From positions 691 to 24,976 of the forward strand of contig JAOZQC010000001.1 of NCBI GenBank assembly GCA_029932425.1: a DNA stretch of 24,286 bases. The letters are read 5' to 3'. Numbering within the stretch: the stretch's first letter is position 1; each line of letters starts with the position of its first letter. The stretch comes from Planctomycetota bacterium (lineage in GTDB: Bacteria; Planctomycetota; JAJSAM01). A program made the translations under genes and the position numbers. Positions 16,094 through 23,566 of this stretch are shown here, piece by piece. Under the pieces are notes generated by a model that searched no databases, had not been told where the DNA came from, and was given only the letters and a program-made list of their open reading frames with translations.

Positions 16094-16389
16094 CCGCGTT
16101 TCTCGTCCGGACGCACGGTCCTCGCCGGATCCCGCCGCCCCGGGCGTCTCCCCGCCATCGACCCGTCGAGGGTCGACTCCTCGCGGCGCCCGGCCCTCTC
16201 CGGCGATCTCTCGCCGAAAACCGCCCGCGCTGACCTTCTCGCCGGGGGAGGCGGATCCTCTCCCGCCGCCCGCTCCCGCCGATTCCGCGGGCTGCGCGAA
16301 GGTCCGGAAGGTCGGGAGTACACTCCGAGGGAACCGCGCTCCCGCCACCCGCCGGGAGGCGCCGCCCGCACGCCGGGTGAGAAACGCGG
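16094..16389 (+). repeat. Dispersed intergenic repeat family, copy B (296 bp)
   Basis: Starts 2 nt after TAG. Ends CCGCGTTTCTC (16094-16104) and GAGAAACGCGG (16379-16389) are perfect inverted repeats; internal GAGGGTCGACTCC and GCGATCTCTCGCCG are shared with copy C. Confidence 0.8.
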
Positions 16390-16469
16390 GCTCGGGAGAG
16401 GGGCCCGGCGGGACGGGGGCGCGAGAGAGGCTCCCCCCCGGACCGGGAGGTTCCGGCCGGCCGGGGAGG

Positions 16470-16832
16470 CTACCCGTGCTCCACCTTCTCCACGGCGATC
16501 ACCACCTCGCTCACCACGAGGGATCCGCTGGTGGCGCGGACCGTCACGGGGACCGCGTTCGTGAAGAGCCACTTCGCGACGGTGCCCCCACCGGGCTGCG
16601 TCCGGACGACCCGCCCGGACCTGCGCACCCCCCGGCCGGCCACGAACGCCTCCCGCCAGCGCACGAGGTCGTCCGAAATCAAGGTGCCGCGCTTCAGGGT
16701 GAGCTGCGGGGCGTTCCGGGACTCGGGCCCGTCCTCCACCAGCGCCTGGAACGAGCCCACGACCTCGTCCCCCAGCACGAGCTGGTAGCTCCCGAGCGGA
16801 TCGCCGAAGTACTCCAATCGCCTGGCGGGCAT
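16470..16832 (-). CDS. T4 gp19-like/contractile-injection-system tail tube homolog (120 aa, orphan)
   Basis: DPLGSYQLVL, VGSF, QLTLKRGT, DLVRWRE, RRSGRVV, AKWLFTNAVP and VVSEVVIAVEKVE reproduce the motif order of gp19/Afp1-type tube proteins; GAAGGAG SD before ATG 16832. Confidence 0.72.
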   Translation of the reverse strand: MPARRLEYFGDPLGSYQLVLGDEVVGSFQALVEDGPESRNAPQLTLKRGTLISDDLVRWREAFVAGRGVRRSGRVVRTQPGGGTVAKWLFTNAVPVTVRATSGSLVVSEVVIAVEKVEHG

Positions 16833-17080
16833 GTCGATCTCCTTCCCGGGTGTTCCCCGGCGGGCCCGGTCCCGGAAGGCGTGGAGCCGGCCGGAAGGGA
16901 TTCGCGGCTCCGCTCGAGGCCCCGGGAACCGGGGCCGGCGAAGCCCCCCGCCGCGAATCCCGGACGGGGCCCCGAGCCCCCGGGAGCTGATCCTCCCGGC
17001 GGGACGGCGGACCCCGGCGCAGGCGCCGCGCACGACGGCCGGCCCGGACCGTGCGAGTTCGTGAAGAGAGCGGGCCCAGG

Positions 17081-18310
17081 CTACACCGCGCCGGGCGGTT
17101 CCGCAACCCCGAGCTCCAGGTCCGATCCGGGCCGGTAGCGGGCCTCCACCGCCACCTCGTCCCCCGGCGAGACGGGGAAGGGGCGGGGGACGGGAAACAG
17201 CGGGTTCTTCCAGTGGGTGGGTGGGCTCCCGGGCCGGTTGTCCAGGGACACGCCGTCCGCCAGGTCCAGCTCGAAGGCGAGGAGGACCCCGGAGAGCTCG
17301 CCCGCCTCGCGGATGCCCAGGTGCGTCCGGGCCTCGAACCGCGGCGCGTCGAGAGCGCGCAGATCGACGCGGGCCAGCTCCGACGCCTCCCCGAGGAGGC
17401 GGAATCCGGGCGCGTGCGCATCCGTTTCCACGATGAGCCCGCCGGCCTCGAGCCGCCGTTCCATCCAGCGGAGGAGGGATCGGAGCCCGACCCCCGTCTC
17501 GGCCTCGACCTCCGCCAGCACCTCCCGGTAGCGGGCGGGCGCTTCGAACATCACCGGGTAGGCGAGGATCGAGATCGCCCGGGGAATCGCGGCGGCCCCG
17601 GGCGCCAGCAACCGGCGGAACGCGTCGTGGGTCACCTCGAGCAGGTCCTCGTTCAGGATGCGGTTGCCGACCATCTCCGCGAGGAGGAGGTCCGCCCCGG
17701 GCGAGAGGGAGAGGCGGCGGGAATCCGCGTGGTGGAGGGTCACGCGATCCTCCACCCCCGCCTCCCGGATCGTCCGGCGGGCCATCTCGATGACGTCCGC
17801 CCGCTCCACGGCGTGGACCCGGGCGCCCGCCCGCGCGGCCATCACCGCGAGGATCCCGGTGCCCGTGCCGATCTCCAGGACCGTCATCCCCGGCTCCACG
17901 GCGGTCTCGATCGCCCGGCGGTAGGCCCTCACGCGGCGGCGGTCGGTGACCATCCGGAAGTGGTAGTTCCACTCCTCGATCCCCGGGAACGGGTCGGTGC
18001 GCCCCGCCGGTCCGGCCGGGGGGCCCGCGGGGAGGAGGAGGCCGGCCTCGACGAGCCGGAGGCAGGCGGCGAGCCAGGCGTCGATCTCCGTCCCCGGCGC
18101 GTCACGGGGCACGAGCTCGTGAAGAGCCTCCGCCACGTCCCGCCCCGCGCCGAACAGGTCGAGAAGGGCGAGGGATCGCGGGCCGATCTCGAGCCCGGGC
18201 CGCCCACCGCCCCGCTCGATCCGGAGCCGGCCGGGCTTCTCGTCCATCCAGGCCATGCGGATCCCCGAGGCGCGGCGGTACCGGCCCGACGGCCACGGCG
18301 GCCGGCTCAT
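17081..18310 (-). CDS. PRMT-like class I SAM-dependent methyltransferase with an N-terminal accessory domain (409 aa)
   Basis: YHFRMVTDRRRVRAYRRAI, VLEIGTGTGILAVMAARAG, double-E loop AEMVGNRILNE and THW loop (PTHWK). Start ATG 18310; the track's extension to 19216 runs through repeat DNA. Confidence 0.85.
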   Translation of the reverse strand: MSRPPWPSGRYRRASGIRMAWMDEKPGRLRIERGGGRPGLEIGPRSLALLDLFGAGRDVAEALHELVPRDAPGTEIDAWLAACLRLVEAGLLLPAGPPAGPAGRTDPFPGIEEWNYHFRMVTDRRRVRAYRRAIETAVEPGMTVLEIGTGTGILAVMAARAGARVHAVERADVIEMARRTIREAGVEDRVTLHHADSRRLSLSPGADLLLAEMVGNRILNEDLLEVTHDAFRRLLAPGAAAIPRAISILAYPVMFEAPARYREVLAEVEAETGVGLRSLLRWMERRLEAGGLIVETDAHAPGFRLLGEASELARVDLRALDAPRFEARTHLGIREAGELSGVLLAFELDLADGVSLDNRPGSPPTHWKNPLFPVPRPFPVSPGDEVAVEARYRPGSDLELGVAEPPGAV

Positions 18311-18494
18311 ACCCGCGGGGGCCTCTCCGGCGCGCGCCGGTTCCCGTCGCTCCGGCGGGGGCCCGGGGTGCACCCGCCCGCTCGCGTGAGCTCCTCGTCG
18401 TCGATCCGCCCCGTGGCCACGTGTCCTCCCGCCCCCGGACGGGTACCCCTCCCCGGGCCGCCGGGGGACGCCGGGCCGGGGCCCGCAGGCTAAC

Positions 18495-18780
18495 CCGCCT
18501 TCCTCGCCGGGACGCACGGTTTTCGCCGGATCCCGCCGCTCCTCGCCGTGGGACCCCCACCCTCGATCCCGGCGGGACGAGACCGCATCCCCCCGACGAC
18601 CCGATCCCCGCGAATGGATCCGAGACCCCCGGGCAGGGTCGACTCCCCGCCGCGCCCTGCCCCGGAGCGCGATCTCTCGCCGGGGACGGCCCCGGGGGGG
18701 CCGAGGGCCCGCGCTCCGGGGGAAGCCCGTTCCCGTGACCGGCCCGGAGACGACACCCGCACGCCGGACGAGGAATGCGG
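18495..18780 (+). repeat. Dispersed intergenic repeat family, copy C (286 bp)
   Basis: Preceded by TAA. Ends CCGCCTTCCTC and GAGGAATGCGG (10 of 11 positions pair). The 5' 45-mer and internal blocks match copy B. Confidence 0.8.
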
Positions 18781-18786
18781 GCCGCC

Positions 18787-19016
18787 CCGCGTTCTTCGCC
18801 GGGACGCACGGCGCCCGGCGGACCTCTCCGCCCGGGGCGATGCCGCTCCCCGCCCTCGACCCCCCGGGAGGACCGGCTCCTCGTCGCGCCCGGCCCCTCC
18901 CGGCGATCGCTCTCCGGGGGAACCCGCCCGGCACCCGGGACCCCGCTCGCCCGGGGAAGCCCCTCCCCGGAGACCACCCCGGCGCCGTCGCCCGCTCGCC
19001 GGAGGGGAGAACGCGG
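18787..19016 (+). repeat. Dispersed intergenic repeat family, copy D (230 bp, tandem with C)
   Basis: Ends CCGCGTTCTTC and GGAGAACGCGG (all pair, one G-U); shares GGGACGCACGG, GCGCCCGGCCC...CGGCGATC and GGGGAAGCCC blocks with other copies. Confidence 0.75.
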
Positions 19017-19167
19017 CGGACCGTCCCTTTCCCCACCGCCGGTCTCCGGGCCGGGCGGGAGCCCCCGAGGGGGTGCGTGCACCCCGGCCGCCCCGCGCCG
19101 GGACCCGGTGGGCCGGTCCCGTCCGTGGCGAGTCGCGATTCGTCGCGGGCGGACCGTTCCTTCCGGG

Positions 19168-19173
19168 TAGAAT
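19168..19173 (+). promoter_or_regulatory. Candidate -10 box (TAGAAT) for the 19189 gene
   Basis: TAGAAT 15 nt before ATG, with GGAGG in between. Confidence 0.5.
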
Positions 19174-19188
19174 GGACGCGGAGGCACG

Positions 19189-19443
19189 ATGGCCGAGGAA
19201 CGCGAGAACGAGACACGGAAGTTCGCCATTCTCTTCGGGATCGGGCTGGACGGCCGGGACGGCCACTACCGGCAGACGAAGGGGGAGAACTTCTTCCTGG
19301 TGGGCGGCTCGGAGACGACGCACCGCGTCATGCAGGACAAGGCGGTCTCCTTCAACGAGGAGCTGCGCCGCCGGGGAAAGAGGCTCGAGGACGTGGAGAG
19401 CCCCGAGGAGTTCCGCGACATCGCCCGCGACGCCGGCCTCTGA
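19189..19443 (+). CDS. Small conserved hypothetical protein (84 aa)
   Basis: GIGLDGRDGHYRQTKGENFFLVGGSETTHRVMQDKAVSFNEEL resembles a small protein family I recall from PVC bacteria; SD and -10 present. Confidence 0.85.
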   Translation: MAEERENETRKFAILFGIGLDGRDGHYRQTKGENFFLVGGSETTHRVMQDKAVSFNEELRRRGKRLEDVESPEEFRDIARDAGL

Positions 19444-19446
19444 AAC

Positions 19447-19476
19447 AGCGCTGACAGGCAGAGCTTTTTCGTTTTT
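19447..19476 (+). terminator. Possible weak intrinsic terminator
   Basis: Short imperfect stem (AGCGCTG/CAGAGCT) followed by TTTTTCGTTTTT just after the 19443 stop. Confidence 0.35.
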
Positions 19477-19632
19477 CTCCTCCCCTCCGACCCGGATCCC
19501 ACCTTCCAGACCGTTCTCTCGTCGCCGTCGCCCGCCCTCGGCGCTCGTCCGGGGGCGTGGGAACGGCGGGGTCCGTCTCCGGGGAGCGCTGCGAGGGAGG
19601 GGGGAAGGCTTGTCCCCGGGAATCCAGGCCAC

Positions 19633-19790
19633 GGGGCCGCACCCTGGATTTCGTTCCGGGGCGCGGTGCCCCGGGGGGCCTGACCCTGGATTTGCAGGCC
19701 ATGGGGCCGTACCCCAGGTTTGCAGGGCGCGGTGCCCCGGGGGGCCTGACCCTGGATTTGCAGGCCATGGGGCCGTACCCCAGGTTTGCA
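19633..19790. repeat. Tandem repeat: two identical 66-bp units (19659-19724, 19725-19790) plus a partial third, built from 22-nt GGGGCC-N-ACCC-N-TTTGCA units
   Basis: Exact 66-nt periodicity read directly; 22-nt units at 19633, 19675, 19703, 19741 and 19769. Confidence 0.92.
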
Positions 19791-20606
19791 TCAGTGGGTG
19801 CCGCGGCCGGAGGTGACCTCCGGCCCGCCGCGGCGGTAGCGCGTGAGGCGCAGGGAGATCCGCCCCACCTTGGTGTCCGCGTCGATCCTCACGGGGACCC
19901 GGTCCTCGTCGTCGCTGATCCAGATCGCGGCCTGGCGGCCGTGGTCCTCGGGCTTGCCCTTCACCACCTTCCGGATGTCGACCCGCACGAGGAACGCGTC
20001 CCGGGGTCCGGCGGGGACCCGGACGCGCTCCCTGCCCACCACCAGGCACTCCGCCCGGTACAGGTTGCGTTCGGTGAAGAGCGTGGCCCGGAAGCTCCGC
20101 CCCGGTTCCAGAGCGGAGCGCCGGAGGGCGTGGATGATGCCCAGCGGGTCGAGGGCCCCGGGGACCTCGAGGCTCACCTCCTCCACCTTCTTCCGCGAGC
20201 GGATGACCGAGCGGACCTTCCCCGTCTCCGGATCATAGGTCACGCGGACCCGCCGGGCCTCGCCGCCCGTCCCCGACTCGTAGGACCACTCCCGGCTGAG
20301 GAGATCCTCCGCCCCCGAGACCGCCCTCGCGCGGACCTCCACGCCGTAGAGGAGGGAGACCACCCCCGTCGTCTCCACCCGGGCGTCGCCCACGTAGACG
20401 TCTCCCCGGCGCTCGAACCGGAAGACGCCCCGTCCCGCGGCGATCCCGTTCCAGGAGGCGGAGTAGGCGATCTCCTCCCGCCGCGGAAGGACCGCTCCCT
20501 CCGCGCGGAAGGCGCCCGCGCCCCGCGTGGCCTCCGGAGCCAGCGGCCGGAAGGCGGCGCACCCCGCGAAGGCGAGGGACAGGAGAACGGTCGGAAGGAG
20601 GCGCAT
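19791..20606 (-). CDS. DUF3108-like lipoprotein
   Basis: Lipobox LAFAGC; EEIAYSASWNGIAAG, ALDPLGIIHALR and IWISDDEDRVPVRIDADTKVGRISLRL patterns. Start ATG 20606. Confidence 0.8.
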   Translation of the reverse strand: MRLLPTVLLSLAFAGCAAFRPLAPEATRGAGAFRAEGAVLPRREEIAYSASWNGIAAGRGVFRFERRGDVYVGDARVETTGVVSLLYGVEVRARAVSGAEDLLSREWSYESGTGGEARRVRVTYDPETGKVRSVIRSRKKVEEVSLEVPGALDPLGIIHALRRSALEPGRSFRATLFTERNLYRAECLVVGRERVRVPAGPRDAFLVRVDIRKVVKGKPEDHGRQAAIWISDDEDRVPVRIDADTKVGRISLRLTRYRRGGPEVTSGRGTH

Positions 20607-20613
20607 CGAGCCC

Positions 20614-20619
20614 ATTGTA
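20614..20619 (-). promoter_or_regulatory. Candidate -10 box (TACAAT) 7 nt upstream of the DUF3108 ATG
   Basis: Reverse complement of ATTGTA at 20614-20619; no SD. Confidence 0.5.
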
Positions 20620-20979
20620 GGCCCGGGCCGCCTGCCGGCCGAGAGCCGCCCTTCCCCGCCTCGCCCGGCTTTGCCGGCCGGAGCCCGGCCCGCCGGGGCC
20701 GGGAAGGCGCGCCTCCGCGCGGAAGGGGCTCGCCCCGGGGCGCGATTCACGCGGATCCCCGGGAGGCCCCGGCCGCGCGTCCCGGGCGAAGGAGCGTGCG
20801 GGAGGCCGGGGAGGGTGCGGGAGTCGCCCCCCGGGAGGGCGGAGAGCCGGCGGCGCCCGCTCTCCGGGGCCGGGAGCGGGTTTCGAGAGCGACGGCGCGG
20901 GGGACGGTCGCGGGCGGCGGCCTCCGGTCTCGCCCCCGCGGGCCGCCGGGAACGGCGGGCCCGCCCCGGCCGCGCCGGC

Positions 20980-23346
20980 TCAGCCGTGCGGCTCGGGCCG
21001 CCGGGTGCCGAGGAACTTCTGGACCCAGCTCAGGACGTGGCCGGGGTACTTCTTGGTGAGGATCACCGTGTTCGGGATCTCGCGGGCGAGCCGCTCCGGC
21101 GCCTCGCCGAAGTAGTGGCGGCTGAGCACCCCCTCGTGAAGCCCCTCGACCACCACGAGGTCCGCCTCCTTGACGAGGGAGAGCAGGGTCCCCACCACGT
21201 TCTTGGCGTGCACGATGCGGTGGCGGACCCGCGACAGATCGATCCTCGCGGAGAGCGCTTCCCGCTCCCTCGCGAACGCCTCCGCGACCGCCTCCCTCTC
21301 CACCTCGTGGCGCTCCGACACGTGGATCGTGTGCACGGGGATCCCCTTCGCGGCGGAGAGCGCGAGGGCCACGTCCAGGGAGAGGAGGGCGTGACGGTAG
21401 TCGAAGAGGATGGGAACGAGGATGCGCTTCGCGCGGTCGAGGAAGGCCGCGGAGGGACGGGCCATCATCACCACGTCGCACCGGGCGTTGAACACCGTCT
21501 CGTCGAGCACGCTGCCGAAGAAGGAATGCCGTCGCTTGAACCCTCCCCGCCAGCCGAGGATCAGGAGATCGATTCTCCGGCTCGCCACCACGTTGCTGAT
21601 GGCGAGGGGGACGCTGTGGGCGACCTTCACCAGGGCGGTGACGGGACGCGGCTCGGGGGACGCCTTCCGGATCGCGTCCCCGGAGCGGCGGATCATCTCC
21701 CGGGCCTCGTCGAGCAGGCTCTCCGTGGCGGAGACGGGGAGCTGGGCGGGCACCTTCACCACGTTCGCGAGAACGATCTCCGCCCGGCGGGAGGAGGCGA
21801 GCAGGGCCGTGAGCTTCATGAGCCCGGGGATGGACCGCGGGTTGGCCACCGGGGTGAGAATGCGGAAGTCGGCCTCCGCGAGGGAGGCCACCTCCTGGTA
21901 CACCGTGGGCACCTCGCGCTCCTCCGCCTCCGCCTCCCTCCGGCGCGCGTAGGCGAGGTAGATCCCCACGCCCGCGAGGATGAAGGCGAGCGTGATGCTG
22001 GTCCCGAGCCGGTAGTGCCCGAAGAGGAACACCGCCAGCCCGAGGTTGCAGGCGATGGCCAGGAGCGGCAGGAAGGGCACGAGGGGGACGCGGAACCCCC
22101 GTTCCAGGTCCGGGCGGTTCCGGCGGAGGTTCAGGACGGCGATGTTCACCAGCACGAAGAGGAGGAGGAACATGGCGTCCGTGGCCGAGGCCACCTGCTC
22201 GATGGGGAGGGCCACCGCCATCGCGATGATGAGGGCGGCGGAGATCATGGTGGCGAAGTGCGGGGTGCGCCGCACGGGGTGGATCCGGGCGAAGACCGCC
22301 GGGAGGTTGTGATCCCGGGCCATGGCGAAGGAAACCCGGCTCGAGGAGTACATGGTGGCGTTGAGGGCGCTCATCGTGGAGAAGAGGCCGCCCACCAGGA
22401 AGACGAGCGCCCCGAAGGGCAGGAACCGGGCCGCGGCCTCGATCATGGCGAGCTCCTTCAGCTCGCCGAGGTACTGCCAGCTCGTGGTCGCGGGGCCCGC
22501 GTAGCCGGCGGGGATCGTCACCCCCGCCACGGCCACGAACGCCACCACGACGTAGATGGGAACCACGATGAGGATCGAGAGGAAGATGGAGCGGGGGACG
22601 TTGCGCCGGGGGTCCACCACCTCCTCGCCGCACTGGGCGATGATCTCGTACCCCTCGAAGGCGATGAAGGTAAGCCCCATCGCCACCGCGATGCCGCGGA
22701 AACCGTGGGGGAGGAAGCTCCGGCCGTCGGTGAAGTAGTGCTCCCAGCTCCCGGCCCGGACGAGGATGGCCCAGAGGCCGGCGGCGCAGAACGCCGCGAT
22801 GATCACGATCTTGACCACCGTCACGAAGGTCTCCGCGCGCCCCGTCTCCTCCGCGCCGCGGTAGTTGATCCAGGCGAAGACCACGGTCACCAGCACCGCC
22901 AGAGCGCTCCTCAGCGCTGCGCTCCCCTCCAGGCCGCCGAGCCCGGGAACGAGCGAGAGGATCTTCGCGCCGAAGGCCCCGAAGGCCACCGCGTACAGCG
23001 AGCAGGCCACGGCGTGGGCGAACCAGCTCATCCAGCCGGAGAGGAACCCGCTCGGCTGGGGGAGGGCCTGCTTCACCCAGAGGTAGCCTCCTCCCGCCTC
23101 CGGGAAGCAGGATCCGAGCTCCGCATAGGAGAGCGCGGTGAGGGTGGTGACCACCCCGTTCAGGAGGAACACCAGGACGAGCGCCGGGCCCGCCACCCCG
23201 GCGGCGATGCCTGTGAGCACGAAGATGCCCGCCCCGATCATGGCCCCCACCCCGATCATCACCACGTGGTGGAGGCTCATCGTGCGCGAGAGCTCGGTGG
23301 CCACCGGAGGGGAGTCGGGTCGGGAAGCGGTTTCCGGGGAGGACAC
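20980..23346 (-). CDS. APC-family amino acid permease fused to two C-terminal universal-stress-protein domains
   Basis: GAMIGAGIF, SYAELGSCFPEAGGGYLW, AFEGYE and SSSRVSFAMARD APC motifs; ILTPVANP...LLILGWRG...FFGSVLD and RILVPI...DLVVVEG USP-like domains. Confidence 0.9.
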   Translation of the reverse strand: MSSPETASRPDSPPVATELSRTMSLHHVVMIGVGAMIGAGIFVLTGIAAGVAGPALVLVFLLNGVVTTLTALSYAELGSCFPEAGGGYLWVKQALPQPSGFLSGWMSWFAHAVACSLYAVAFGAFGAKILSLVPGLGGLEGSAALRSALAVLVTVVFAWINYRGAEETGRAETFVTVVKIVIIAAFCAAGLWAILVRAGSWEHYFTDGRSFLPHGFRGIAVAMGLTFIAFEGYEIIAQCGEEVVDPRRNVPRSIFLSILIVVPIYVVVAFVAVAGVTIPAGYAGPATTSWQYLGELKELAMIEAAARFLPFGALVFLVGGLFSTMSALNATMYSSSRVSFAMARDHNLPAVFARIHPVRRTPHFATMISAALIIAMAVALPIEQVASATDAMFLLLFVLVNIAVLNLRRNRPDLERGFRVPLVPFLPLLAIACNLGLAVFLFGHYRLGTSITLAFILAGVGIYLAYARRREAEAEEREVPTVYQEVASLAEADFRILTPVANPRSIPGLMKLTALLASSRRAEIVLANVVKVPAQLPVSATESLLDEAREMIRRSGDAIRKASPEPRPVTALVKVAHSVPLAISNVVASRRIDLLILGWRGGFKRRHSFFGSVLDETVFNARCDVVMMARPSAAFLDRAKRILVPILFDYRHALLSLDVALALSAAKGIPVHTIHVSERHEVEREAVAEAFAREREALSARIDLSRVRHRIVHAKNVVGTLLSLVKEADLVVVEGLHEGVLSRHYFGEAPERLAREIPNTVILTKKYPGHVLSWVQKFLGTRRPEPHG

Positions 23347-23413
23347 GAGCGACGGTTATACCGGCCGCTCCCCGCCCCGCCACGCGGTTTCGTTCCGGGG
23401 CCCGGGGCGGGAG

Positions 23414-23566
23414 CCCGCGTTTCTCACCGGCGCGCGGGCGCCGGCGGCGAGCCGCTTCCGGAAACGGGTTTCCCTCGCCGGAGCGAGGGGCCCGCGGCCC
23501 GCCTCCGGCCGGAGCCGGGCGCCACGGGATCCGCCGGGAACCGTCCGTTCCGGCGGGGAATGCGGG
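23414..23566 (-). repeat. Dispersed intergenic repeat family, copy E (153 bp, internally shortened)
   Basis: Starts immediately after TGA (23567-23569). 5' CCGCATTCCCCGCCGGAACGGACGGTTCCCGGCGGATCCCG; 3' CCCGCGCGCCGGTGAGAAACGCGGG is nearly identical to the 3' end of copy B. Confidence 0.75.

Noticed and set aside
16094-16389. Calling the repeat copies IS elements
   Set aside because: No transposase ORF and no target-site duplication is visible, so they are listed only as repeats.
18311-19188. Hidden RiPP precursor or small ORF in the 880-bp gap beside the PRMT-like gene
   Set aside because: All ORFs there are low-complexity Pro/Arg/Gly reads lacking SD and codon bias; most of the gap is explained by two repeat copies.
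19352-19768. ORFs with repeated peptides (MACKSRVRPPGAP, LQAMGPYPRFA, QTWGTAPWPANP)
   Set aside because: They are translations of the 66-bp DNA repeat in different frames, overlapping real genes, with no independent coding signal.
19633-19790. Possible mini CRISPR array
   Set aside because: The intervening sequences are identical or very short (6 and 16 nt) rather than unique 25-45 nt spacers; no cas genes or leader.
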